64,000 nt of DNA from Amoebidium appalachense (lineage: Eukaryota; Protista; Ichthyosporea): the NCBI GenBank assembly GCA_963693365.1, contig CAVNZM010000001.1:12054161-12118160 (forward strand). Reading direction: 5' to 3'. A model generated the notes under the pieces. It worked only from the letters and a program-made list of their open reading frames with translations. It ran no database searches and was not told where the DNA came from. Below, in pieces: positions 12,587 to 24,200 of this stretch. The stretch's first letter is position 1, and every line of letters begins with the position of its first letter. The translations under genes and the position numbers were made by a program.

Positions 12587-15500
12587 CTATAATTTTGTAG
12601 TGATGTGTTTCTCAAGCCAATCAATACATCTAATAAACAGGTCGTAGTTACGCGTGTTTAGTATAAAATCAAGGATGTTGTAATTTACAGGTAGGCTATC
12701 TTTCTGGGTGTCTGTTGTGAATGTGACGTGTGTGTGTTGCGGTATTATGTGGTCTATCAAACTACATTTGGCGATACATGACCGGTTAAACTGGTGTGTG
12801 TGTGTGTTGTTTGGGCATGCAAATGATGCCACCTTATACTTATTAGATCTCCACTGTATAGCACGTGTACAGTAAAAGCGTGGTAATTGATCAATAATAC
12901 CATCAGCTAGAGAAAGACCAGTTCTACAGGAAGGTAATATGTATTTAGGTGTTATACACTTGCGAGTGCCATATTTGGCAATATGGTTGAGGCGGTCAGT
13001 ATATATAAAACGAGACATAAGGCTTAGTTTTTCAAGGTGTATGCTTTCATCGGGTCTAGTGTCGTGTGGTATCTTTTTCCATTTGTTATATTGCGTGATT
13101 ATCTTGTGATTGTGTACATGTTTAATAAGTAAGTGGCAGTCCAAAGTCACACACACACTATTGCGGGGTTTATTTGTATTTGTGCCCAGGGGAGAAGGGG
13201 AGAGAGAGGGGAGGAAAGAGGGGAGAGGTGAGGAGGGGACAGGTCGGATAGAGAAGAGAGGGTGGGAGGGCAAATACTTCTTTAAGCGGCTTATGTGCTT
13301 ATTGAATTTCAGCGCGAGATAGGATACTCTAGCAGCTATTGGGACCAGACCATATATCGAGAGCGTTACAGGCCCAGGTTTACAACAGTTGTTAGATAGA
13401 AAGGAGGCAACTTCTGCTTCAAGGAAATTTGCCAAGGGTTTAAGCGCTCTAGTTCTCTCTTTCTTGATCCAAGCGGCGAGAAGGGGTAAACCATATTCAC
13501 ATGCCGGGAAGACAAAAGTGCGAATAAATGTAAGTCTAATAGAAGGATGGAGGGGTGTGTCTTTAAAAATATTAGCCGAGAAGAAAGCTAACCGCTTACG
13601 AGCCAACTCTACCCTCTTTTCGACCATATGGGGAAACATAACACCAACAGAATCAACCGGAACACCAAGATATTTGTATTCTGGAACTATAGGTACAGGT
13701 TTAGATGATAATGTAAATGTGTGTAAATTGTTAGCTATATCAGGTACAAGAACACCACATTTGTCTATGTTAAGGATCATAAGGTTTGCCTTGCACCACT
13801 CTGACACTACATCGAACAATCTTTGCAGGCGTCTAGGGGTACGGGCAAGGAGGGACAGATCATCAGCATAGAGAAGTGCAGGCGGAAAGTTATTAATAGG
13901 GTCATCGTTTTCGGCGTAAATCTTGACAGCCAAATCATCTATAAATAGGTTAAACAAAAAGGGGCTAAGCAATGAACCCTGCAAGAGACCTCTAGTACGA
14001 GCAAAACCATATGAAAGATGCCCATTAACCACAGCTCTACCATAGGTTTGAGACAAGAGTGCTTCTAACAGAACACCAATGCAGTGTGGTACACCCCGTG
14101 CAGCAAGCTTTTCCCATAGGAGACCAGGGGAGACAGAATCGTAAGCAGTTTTCCAATCAATAAAGCCAACATATTGTGCACCAACTTGCATAGAATCGTG
14201 CAGTGCCATTATTTGAACATAACATGAATTGTTTTTACGAAAAGCGGATTGGCATGGGTGTGTGTGAAGAATAGATTGAAACCTAGGGTGATGTGCAAAT
14301 AACCTAAGTAAGCAAGCTTCAAAGAATCTACGAACAACCTGGGTTAGTGTAATGGGGCGAAAGGATGATATGGGGCCCTCAGAGTCCTTCTTAACTATGG
14401 GGATCACTAAGGTATCTAACCAAGATGACGGGACATGTCCACATTTAACACACCAAGAAAAGAGAGAGCTTAACATGATAGTAAGATCAGGTTTAATAGC
14501 ACGATCACTTTCCTTTTGTGGGTAGGAGGGAACAAGGATTTTAAGAAACCCAGCAGGGAGTCCATCAGGTCCACAAGACTTACTAGAGCTATAACTAGAT
14601 ATCACAGACCATATGGCATCGGGACTGAAAAAGGGGAGGATCGTTTCTATGGGGATAGATGGGTCTACAGGCCACACAATAGGTTTCTGAGCGGGGGTCC
14701 TATCTTTAAACAGTTCCGAGAAATACTTATCAGAGTCTATGAGGGGGTCTCCAGTGGTATCACCAATAATACGAGCAGGGGGGCCAAATCGATTCATACT
14801 AGCAAGCCGGCGCAAGCTTTCCTTTTGAGACAGGGGTTCACCTAGTCTAGCGGGAGTGGTGTTTGGTAACAAGAGAGCATCGGGGTATTCCTTCCTACCA
14901 CCGCCAGCATAATCACCGAGATCTATCAAATCATCAACAATAAAGTTAGTGCATGTATCTAGTACGAGATGTGAATCTGGCCTGGCTTGTGCAGATTCTA
15001 ATAGGCGCATATATATAGGGTGTTTCGTAGCATAGCATACACATACATCAACTCTACCCCACTGTGACTTAAGCTGGGATAGACGGAGGCGAAAGGTGGG
15101 AGGGGGAGGGGGGAGCAGATCAAGGGAGATCTTAGGTAGGAAAAGGATAGGAGAGTGGTCAGATGACCTAGAGAGGTTAGGAGGGAGAGAGAGTTTTGAC
15201 ATGGTTGATGGCCAAAAGGCCACTCCCCAGTCGGTGTTGTGGGCATGGGATATTTGAGGGAACCGCAAAGTGTGACTTTGGACATACCTTGCTAAAGGGA
15301 TAGCACGCTCCGGGGGCTTAGATGGGTACCCGACACTCACTTGCAGTGTGTCTGTGTGGTGGAGTCGCGTGTTAAAATCACCTAAAATAACAGTGGACAT
15401 TGGTAACTGTGACAACTCGTGAGTCAATTCGACAACCGACATAGATGGTGGGTAATATACAAAAGTAAAAACATTAGAAAGAAACTCTATAGAAACCGAG

Positions 15501-15780
15501 AATTCCGTTTTTGCTACCGGTTTGCACTTCACTCTCACGTGTGGTGCGGCAAGTACAATAATGCCTCGGTTTTTCGCGTAACCGGGGTGTGTGGATGTGT
15601 CGACCAATGTAGAGTTGAATTTGTGGTGGTTTTTAAACTGTGTTTCGCAAATCACTGTAAACGTGTGGTTGTTTGTCTGTTGTTGTATGTAGCTGATTTT
15701 ATCGTCGAGTGTCCCGGGGGGAGGCCCTTTTGGGGGCCCAGTGTCCGAGCATTCCAGAAGAAGAAGGATAAATTAGGCAT
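12587..15780 (-). CDS. LINE ORF2: apurinic endonuclease + reverse transcriptase (one frameshift near the 5' end)
   Basis: APE motifs FWNARTL (from ATG 15780, other frame), VICET, VYYPPS, LGDFNT, SDH. RT motifs GPDG, FRPITL, QSAF, FIDWKTAYDSV, GLLQGSLLSPFLFN, YADD, YKYLG. Cys/His-containing C-terminus. Confidence 0.92.
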
Positions 15781-16957
15781 CGGTTTGGTCCGACACCTGT
15801 GGGGTTGGTTCCCACTTGTCGCTTACGGGGTCGTATGCACGACCTTCCGCCAGCGCGAACAGTTCGCAGAAGAGCTCGATTTCCATCTCGCATCGGCGTT
15901 TGCGCTCGAGCAGTTTCTCACCAGAAAACATTGGTTCCTTCGTGTCCGTGTCTATCACGCTCGTAGCATCGTTTTCCAACTTTGCGAGGAACTCTTTTGC
16001 CTTGCTGATGCGTACACGACAACGTGTGGCGCACGCATTCTTAGCAGACACTTTACGTTCTTTGTCTGCTTTCTGAATGTTTTCCGGCGCGCATGGGTCG
16101 TAGCTTGGGAGGTGGGTGAAGAAGCTTCCACACCCCTTTGTCGCGTCACGGATGAACGCACGGTTATAGTCGCCCCGTACTGCTACTTCCAGCACATCGT
16201 ATCCAATGAAGGACAGACAAAGGATGCGAGAGCACCGGAAGCCGAGAGCCTTGAAGATGGACCACATGGCCCTGTGTGGGCGTCTGCCGTGCTTGACTTT
16301 GAAATACACCCTCTCGTATTTGGGTGGGATGTTGATGTTACCGTTTGCTTGGGTGTTCCCCTTAGCCGGCGGTTTGGGAGGGGAGTTGCGGCGGTACTCG
16401 TTGCCTGCAAGAATGCTGGCATATGTTTCCTTGGCAATTTGGCGGAGCTCGGGTGTTTTACGAGAGTTCGCATATTCTAGGAACTCTGCCGGGAGCTGTG
16501 CTTCCGGTCCTGTGTTGTTTTGTGTTGGGGTGGAAATGTCTCCGTCGCGAGATGTTTGCTCATGAGTTTTGGGGTTTTGCGATCCACTAATGTTTAGCTG
16601 GGCTGTGAGTGAATCAATGGTGAGCTTGAGTTGGGTATTTTCTGTTTGGAGTTTTTCTATCATGTTCTTGAGTGGTAACAGCTCATTTAGCTGTTTCTTA
16701 ACGAGGGCAAGTTCTGCCAGTACTGTATCAACCGAAAGTTTCGGCATGGTTGTTATTGTGTTTCTACGGAGTGGTGTGGTGTTATTCTGAATGGGTAGTG
16801 TATTGTAAATAGGTGTTGCGCTTAGTCTAAGGCGATGTTTTTCTGGTTGTGCATCTGTGGTAGGTGTATCTGCTGGACGTTTTAATGGTCGCACATGTGT
16901 GATGGGTGTAGATGGAACTTTGAAAGAGGTTCTGAAACGATTATAGGCATGTGCCAT
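15773..16957 (-). CDS. LINE ORF1 protein
   Basis: 394-aa ORF directly upstream of ORF2, with a heptad coiled-coil (LAELALVKKQLNEL...IEKLQTENTQLKLTIDSLTAQL) followed by a basic globular region. No clear CCHC knuckle. Confidence 0.8.
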   Translation of the reverse strand: MAHAYNRFRTSFKVPSTPITHVRPLKRPADTPTTDAQPEKHRLRLSATPIYNTLPIQNNTTPLRRNTITTMPKLSVDTVLAELALVKKQLNELLPLKNMIEKLQTENTQLKLTIDSLTAQLNISGSQNPKTHEQTSRDGDISTPTQNNTGPEAQLPAEFLEYANSRKTPELRQIAKETYASILAGNEYRRNSPPKPPAKGNTQANGNINIPPKYERVYFKVKHGRRPHRAMWSIFKALGFRCSRILCLSFIGYDVLEVAVRGDYNRAFIRDATKGCGSFFTHLPSYDPCAPENIQKADKERKVSAKNACATRCRVRISKAKEFLAKLENDATSVIDTDTKEPMFSGEKLLERKRRCEMEIELFCELFALAEGRAYDPVSDKWEPTPQVSDQTDA

Positions 16958-17062
16958 GACATGGATGGGGGTGTTCCCCGGCCCTTAGGGCCACGGATGG
17001 CCTGGTTTAGGGGTGGATGCGCGAAGGATACTATTTATTAGCAGATAATAAAGAGCGACATT

Positions 17063-17134
17063 TGAATCGATGTGTGCGACTGAATCGATGTGTGCGACTG
17101 AATCGATGTGTGCGACTGAATCGATGTGTGCGAC
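17063..17134. repeat. Four perfect 18-bp tandem repeats in the putative LINE 5' UTR
   Basis: (TGAATCGATGTGTGCGAC)x4. Confidence 0.95.
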
Positions 17135-17523
17135 TCGCGCTGCCATACTCTTCCATACACGTGCAAACAGTCCGACACGTGCTACGGGCACATGTGTACA
17201 AAATGGGCAGGCGAGAGCATGCGAGAATAATAAATAAGTAAAATAGAAGAAAACATCGAAGATGCACCTGGGGTTCGAAGAAGTGGCTCTCGGCGGGGTT
17301 CAAGGATCCGGGCCAGGGGGCGGGAAGCGGTCCTCATGCCCATGCGAGGATGGGAGCCCATGGGTGAAGCCTGTGCCAGAGGCCTTCTCGCTCCGTATCG
17401 ATACCCGCGTGTGCGTGTTTCATGATTTGTGTGGGGAAGAGAGGGGGGAAGGGGGGGGGAGGGGGGAAGGGGGGAAGAGAGAGGGGGTAAGGGGAGGGGA
17501 AAGAGGGAGCGTGGGGGGAAGGA

Positions 17524-17549
17524 AAGAGAAGAGATAGAGAGAGAGAGAG

Positions 17550-17603
<54 letters not shown>

Positions 17604-17734
17604 AGGGAGGGAGGGAGGGAGGGAGGGAGGGAGGGAGGGAGGGAGGGAGGGAGGGAGGGAGGGAGAGAGAGAGGGGGAGGGGGGAGGGGGGAAGGAGGGC
17701 AGAGAGAGACAGAGAGAGCAAGAGAGAGAGAGCA

Positions 17735-17816
<82 letters not shown>
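17524..17816. repeat. Compound (GA)n/(GGGA)n microsatellite
   Basis: Direct inspection. Confidence 0.9.
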
Positions 17817-17820
<4 letters not shown>

Positions 17821-17877
17821 AGGGAGAGACAATCATAGACACAGAGAAAAAGAGAAGGCGGGCGGGGAGAGAAAGAT

Positions 17878-17918
<41 letters not shown>

Positions 17919-19018
17919 CGTGTGCGGGTGTGGGTATGTGGATGGGTGGGCGGATGCAGGGTGTCAGAATATTTGAGGTCCTGAGAATTACTTGGCAGCC
18001 GGCTCAGCGGCTACAAACGGAGGGTAGAGTAGCTGAGGTGCAAGCGGCGGGGGAAGGGGAGGGGGGAGGGGGGTGGGGTTGGGGGGTGGGGAGCAGGCGA
18101 GTCGAGTTCGCAATTGCAATAGGCGTGCGGAAAAGGGGGGAGGGGGGGGGGGGGGGGGGGGGGGGGGACCAGCTGAGGTGCGGGGGGAGCAAGTGCTTCA
18201 GTGGAGACAGGAGCATGGCCCAGGGGTGGGGAGGAAAGGTCACAGGGGGTACCCAATAATGTTATGATGCCGAGTGCTCGTGTGCATGTTCTATGTGTTT
18301 CTGTGTGGGTGTGTGGGTGTACGTGTGTGTGTGTGTGTGAGGTGGGGAGGAAAGGGGGGAGGGGGGGGGGGGGGAGGTTGGGGTGCATGCAGGATGAGAG
18401 ACGAGAAGGGCAGAAGTGTGGGAAAGAGAACGGAGAAAAGGGAGAATGACGTAGAACCGAAAGAGCACACAATGCTTTTGCTGTCTCCATGTCTCTTAAA
18501 AACGGTTTCTTTGTCAATCGCAGATGGACGTGCTACTGAACGTGTAGCTACAAATGTAAGTGTTTCAGCATGGCACAGCATGGCACATTACTCTTTTCTA
18601 AAAGAAGCTGGGAGCTTGTGATTACATTATACCCAACCAGCATGCATCTAAATGTACAAAACAAGGGGACGTAGTATACTGGTGCATATAGACTGGCGCT
18701 GGAGCTGCAGATTTGCGTAAAACATCTCCTAAACAAAGCATTATTCAACTTCTGTAGCCCCGGTCTTGACACGTACACATGCAACACACTAACAGGACAA
18801 TACACAGGGCCCGACAGGACAATCAGGTGCGCCCAAAAAGATCCCAAACTAAACATGGAGGCCAGCGTGCACCATAGATAAAAAAGTTTGCTTTATTACC
18901 TCCTCTTCCCCCCGCCCCCCCCCCCCCCTCCCGCCCCCGCACCCCCTCCCCTCCTCCCCCCCAGCTTTTCCATCATCCTTTCTCTCTATCTCATCAACAG
19001 CCACCCCCAACCACACCC

Positions 19019-20048
19019 TCATCGCAACCAAGCAGTCATAGCAACTCTGGGCTGCTTGTTGGATGGCAACACTGCATGGTCCACAACCCCGCTCAAAAAC
19101 ACCAGCAGCCGACCGGACTTCGGCTCGACATCATAGTCACTCTTCACTACAATGGGTGCGTCGGGAAGGTCGGTTTTCCGTCCGAAAAGTCGTAGCGCCC
19201 CTCCATCCGTTTCCATGTTCCAGTCGGGGGTGTTGAGATAGAAGATGCACGTAACACGTCTTTGGTCTTCATCGGTCAAGTCTCCACATGGAAAGGAATC
19301 CCTGTGTTTTTCATACCTCCCCCCGTTTTCGGGTGCATAGCATGCAAGTTGAACCTCGATGGGTCCGCGCAAGTGGATGAATTGATTTAGCGCCGGTCGC
19401 AGCTTGCTATCCATGAAGGACAACATGCTTCTCAGACCGGGTGTATCTGCGAGTTCTTGCTCCTGGTCTTTACTTCCTGCACTTGGCAGGTAATGGTGCA
19501 TCCAACGTATGACATCATCACGCGCAGAATGATCACGGAAGGGGTCGAGCTCATTTTCGTCGGTTTCAGCACCACAACAATCCTCCCCTTCTTCGCCTTC
19601 TTTCTTTATCGACCGTGGGGGCTTTAGCAAACCGGATTGCCACCAGCTCAGAGCCTCCTCCCTGGCGGCCATGCATGTTTTTGGTTCAACAACATTGTCA
19701 ATCACTGTCCACCCCTGCGTCCAGAGCTCTCTCCACGCGTTCTCATCCAAAACATCGGTGTAAGAAGATAAAGATTTTTTCGGTTGGGTTCTGTTTGAAA
19801 ATTGCAAGGCAGACTAACATGGGGTCTTGTTCTGCATCTAGCATGGCCAATAGCTCGTTTTCGGTTATTTCTTCCACTTCTTCTTCATCCTCTCCCTCAT
19901 AGTATTCCTCTCCCTCTTCTCTTACTGGTTCATTACTCTCATCTGTAACATGTGTATGTGTGTCTTTGGGTTTCTCGCTGATCCGAAGGACCGAAAAAAC
20001 CTCGTCTGCTACCGTTGAGACTTTCGCCTCTGTGCTGTGTTTGTCCAT
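19019..20048 (-). CDS. 2OG-Fe(II) oxygenase, EGLN/PHD prolyl-hydroxylase-like
   Basis: Motifs RDDVIRW, QLACY, YEKHRD (HxD), RRVTCIFYLN, DGGALRLF, VEPKSGRLLVF, HAVLP (distal His), RVAMTAW (2OG-binding Arg). The acidic N-terminus from ATG 20048 joins through a putative 28-nt intron (19818-19791) or a 1-nt indel. Confidence 0.88.
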
Positions 20049-20407
20049 CTTCAATATAGACGGAAACTGAGCGTTCTGTAAAGTGAATTCACTGATTTGT
20101 TGGGTTCTAAGTTTTTCGCCTTTATGCAAAGTGGCTTTGACCCGGCGTTTGTTGCAAGTTGCTGCCGGACGGAGTCGGAGTGACTGACGACCGTACGGTG
20201 TGCGCACGTGCACACACATTGGAATGTGCTAAACCGAAATATGATTGGATAGCTATCTAAATAGACAAATATGGTATACGTGTTCCTGTCTGGATTGGTT
20301 AGTGTTGTCTGTGTACTGCACATAAGTCACATGGCACACACACCGGTACACCCGCCGTTGCCCTTTACACGTGGAGTTGGACCGCTAAATGGCCATATCA
20401 TCACCAA

Positions 20408-20480
20408 GGGGGTGTAGCTCAGATGGTAGAGCGCTCGCTTAGCATGCGAGAGGCACGGGGATCGATACCCCGCACCTCCA
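20408..20480 (+). tRNA. tRNA-Ala (anticodon AGC)
   Basis: Acceptor stem GGGGGTG/CACCTCC with G3:U70, D arm GCTC/GAGC, anticodon arm CTCGC-TTAGCAT-GCGAG, T arm CGGGG-ATCGATA-CCCCG; 73 nt. Confidence 0.97.
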
Positions 20481-20486
20481 TTTTTT
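20481..20486 (+). terminator. RNA polymerase III oligo-T terminator
   Basis: T6 immediately after the tRNA discriminator base. Confidence 0.85.
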
Positions 20487-21217
20487 GTTTTCTGTTTTTC
20501 TTTGCTCGGCAGCGAATTACAAGTCCCGAGTTCACAACTTATTCCTATTCCGTTCGTCGTGTTCGGTCCGTGCGAGGCCGCCGCCTCCTGCCAGTGTGAG
20601 GCAGATACAACATGCATCCTTAGTTCCGTGACTTCCGTCCCCCACCTCCTCTCCCTTCTCCCAAGTTGCACACACCACACCCACCCACACATATGCAAGC
20701 ATGCACACAGGCACACAGGCACCGTCATGCACACGCACACACACACAGACACAAACGCGCACATGTACACACACACACACACACACACACACAGCCTCGA
20801 GCCGTGCAGACTTGAACCCAGCTGCAGTCGACATGAAAAACCGAAAAAAGCGAGAGAGACAAATCAAAAAATTGTCTATGAATGTGCACTTCACCTATAT
20901 GTTTTTTAAAATAAAAGAAAGTAGAAATATAGCTTGCCGTATTTGTATCATTGCATGTACAAATCTTTGAGGCACAAGCGCATTCCCATATCATTGTCAT
21001 GTGTGCCGAGGTCGTATGTACCTGTTCTCACAGTATGACACAGCTTTTTTTTTTAATTACGTTCGTGCTTCATTGTATTTTTACATTACCTCTTGTGGGT
21101 GAGTAGACGTGTGTGCACATGCGTGTGTGTAAAGTTGCGTGTGACACTGTCTGTGTGTGTGTGTATGTGTGTGTGTGTGTGTGTGTCTGCGCACGCGCGG
21201 GATTGTGGGCAAGTGTA

Positions 21218-21288
<71 letters not shown>

Positions 21289-21571
21289 TGAGTGCACGTG
21301 CAAGTGTTGGCTTTGGGTGTCTAAACTACACACACCCTTTGTTTATCGCGCCTATTACAGGTATGCGATGTTCAAAACGGTATATCAAAGTATGTAAAGG
21401 ACATTCAATGCCACTTGACGCTTCTGCAAGACATGGCATCCATACGAATCACGGAAATCTCTCAAACAAAATCCGAACACCCCCGTTTTTTGTTTTTTTT
21501 TTTTTAAAAAAAAGAAATCACCGGAAATTTCTCCAAAATCAACCCCCCCCCCCCTCCCCCCCCCCCGGCTC

Positions 21572-21603
<32 letters not shown>

Positions 21604-21623
21604 TGCGCAAAACCGGGTTGGGC

Positions 21624-21975
21624 TCATGTGTGGGTGATCTTTGCATTCCACAGCCCGTCGTTAAGATAGTGCACGTTGTCCACACCAGGCCCCTTGTTCA
21701 CTCTCGCACTGCAAAAAAGACTTTAGTCAGTTTTAATATTCACCAATTTATTTTAAAGATTTTAAAATTTAGCGCCATGGAACTAACGAGAAAATGCTAA
21801 CAATCACCCACGTTGAACAACAGCAAGGAAATAACAGTCTCCTCGGTATTCCCTACCAATTTTAATCCCAACCCACAAAAAAAGAAAAACATAGTACTAC
21901 TAAGGCAACACAAACCAGTGCATGCAAATTTAGGGAGTCGTCGCCCCCCGGAGAGGAGGAGGAGGAGGGGGAAGG

Positions 21976-22012
<37 letters not shown>

Positions 22013-22101
22013 GAGGGGGGGGGGGGGGGAGAGCGTTTCGGGTGAGGTGTGAGGAGGGCGGGAGGGTGTTCCGTGAGTATTTTTTTTTTTTTTTTGTGTG
22101 T

Positions 22102-22159
<58 letters not shown>

Positions 22160-22327
22160 TAAAAGCTCGGGTAAGACGCAACACAACAAGCAGGAGAGTA
22201 GGCCAGACAACAGTCAGATTCACACAAACAAAAAAGTTAAACAAAATGTCAAAACACAAATTTTAGGATACAAGAACAGGGAACCTTTCAATGGCGGAGT
22301 TGGAAGAGGGAAAGTGAGAGAAAGAGA

Positions 22328-22362
<35 letters not shown>

Positions 22363-22667
22363 ATCAGCGGTTAAGAGATTTTGGGTGTGCGGCAGAAGAC
22401 AGTAAATGTGTGTGTGTGTGAAGGTGGAGAAGGGGTGAGAGAGGGTGGTGGAGGTGGACAGGGCAGGGAAGGGGGTGAAGGAGGGGGAGGAGGGGTAGGG
22501 GTAGGGGGGGGGGGGGAGGGGGCCGCATACATTTCCTCGGAAGAGAGGTTCATGTGACCAATGGCCAAGGGATGCTCCTTACCCTCGGCAAAGATGGCGT
22601 GTGATTGGTTAAGGATCATACAAATGCAAATACGCTCATCCGGGAAACGAACGGTATTGGTATTGGC

Positions 22668-22703
<36 letters not shown>

Positions 22704-23207
22704 GTGTGCGAGCGCTTGCTTATCCTTGTGTCTGTGCTTGTGAGAGAGGAGCCGGGGGGGTGGGGGAGAGAGGGGTGAGGGGAAGGGGAGGAGGAGGGAG
22801 GGGGAGGGGGGGGGGGGGGGGGGGGGGTGCGGCGAGTGACTGCTATTGAGTATTTATACAAACGTCTCCTGCGGGTGGTGATGACAGAGCGTAAATTATG
22901 GATATTTGCATATATGTTGAAACATACCAAGAAATACATTTGGTGCGACTGGCAAGATGGGAAGGGAGAGAGGGGGAGGGAGGGAGGGAAGGAGGGGGAA
23001 GGGAAAGACCACATGTACGAAGTGCAAAACACAGGCATTGAGAGAAGAGAGATGAAGAAAGTGTACGAGGTAGGAAAAGCTGACAGAGGGTATGTGTGTG
23101 TGTGTGGCATTGGTTGGTGGTGGTGGGAGAGGGAAGCGGGGGGGGGGAGGGGAGGGTGGGGGGGGGGGGGGAGAGGGGAGTGGAGTGGGGTGGGTGGGTG
23201 GGTGGGT

Positions 23208-23244
<37 letters not shown>

Positions 23245-23433
23245 TGGGGGGAAAGTGTGCGGGTAGGGGTAAGAAAGAGGTGTGTGTCTGTGTTGTCTTA
23301 AATTTCTCACTATATTTTATGGTGACGGCGGCGGCGGTGGTGTCTGCGTGCATGTGTGTGTGAGTGTGTGTGCGCGCGCATGTGTGTGTAAGTGTACTTG
23401 TGTGTACGTGTGTGTGGGTGTGTGGGTGTGTGT

Positions 23434-23478
<45 letters not shown>

Positions 23479-23570
23479 CTCTATTGGGAGGATATGACCA
23501 TGGAGCCTGCCGGTGCATCGACAAGTTTAGCACCTGGTGACGTCAAACCTGGGCACATGATGTTGGCCCC

Positions 23571-23622
<52 letters not shown>

Positions 23623-23774
23623 TGTGGGTGATTAAGTGAGTGGGTGAGTGAGTGAGTGAGTTGAGTGAGTGAGTGAGTGAGTGAGTGAGTGAGTGAGTGA
23701 GTGAGTTGAATGAGTGAGTGAGTGAGTGAGTGAGTGAGTGTGTGTGTGTGTGTCAAGTGTTTGTGTGTGTCAAG

Positions 23775-23829
<55 letters not shown>

Positions 23830-24071
23830 TGGTAGTGGGGGGAGAGGGGGGGGGGGGGGTGGGGGGTATGGGGGGGAAGAGGTAGAGGAACAAGCTCGTT
23901 AGACAAGTGAGGGTGTGGGAAGAGGGAGAAGAAAGAACAAGGAAAAGGGAAGAGTGGGGCAGAGAGAGAGAGAGAGACAGGGAGAGAGAGAGTGGGCGGG
24001 GGAAACAGAGAGAGTGGGAGGGAGAGGGAGAGGGAGAGATGGAGAGTGGAAGAGAGAAGGGGGGGGAGGGG

Positions 24072-24150
<79 letters not shown>

Positions 24151-24169
24151 TTTCCTTTTTTTTTTTTTT

Positions 24170-24200
<31 letters not shown>

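Larger units (their letters stand above)
12515..17200 (-). mobile_element. Non-LTR retrotransposon (LINE, two ORFs, APE-RT)
   Basis: Intronless and microsatellite-free ~4.6 kb with ORF1 and an APE+RT ORF2. The 3' end runs into a (CA)n tract. The 5' boundary and target-site duplication were not identified. Confidence 0.92.

Noticed and set aside
15419-16480. 353-aa plus-strand ORF
   Set aside because: Antisense shadow of LINE ORF1/ORF2 with no recognisable motifs.
17063-17134. CRISPR-like or iteron-like array (also 58285-58396)
   Set aside because: Head-to-tail repeats with no spacers, no cas genes, eukaryotic context.
17284-17425. HDV-like ribozyme upstream of the LINE (minus strand GGCTC-CCA-TCCTCGCA-TGG ... 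CCGA-GAGCC)
   Set aside because: P2, P3, L3 and a CNRA linker fit, but no good 7-bp P1 starting with G and no P4 helix could be built. An Infernal/RNArobo search would settle it.
17250-18520. Possible small exons between the LINE and the oxygenase
   Set aside because: Isolated splice-like signals, but no coherent reading frame or recognisable product.
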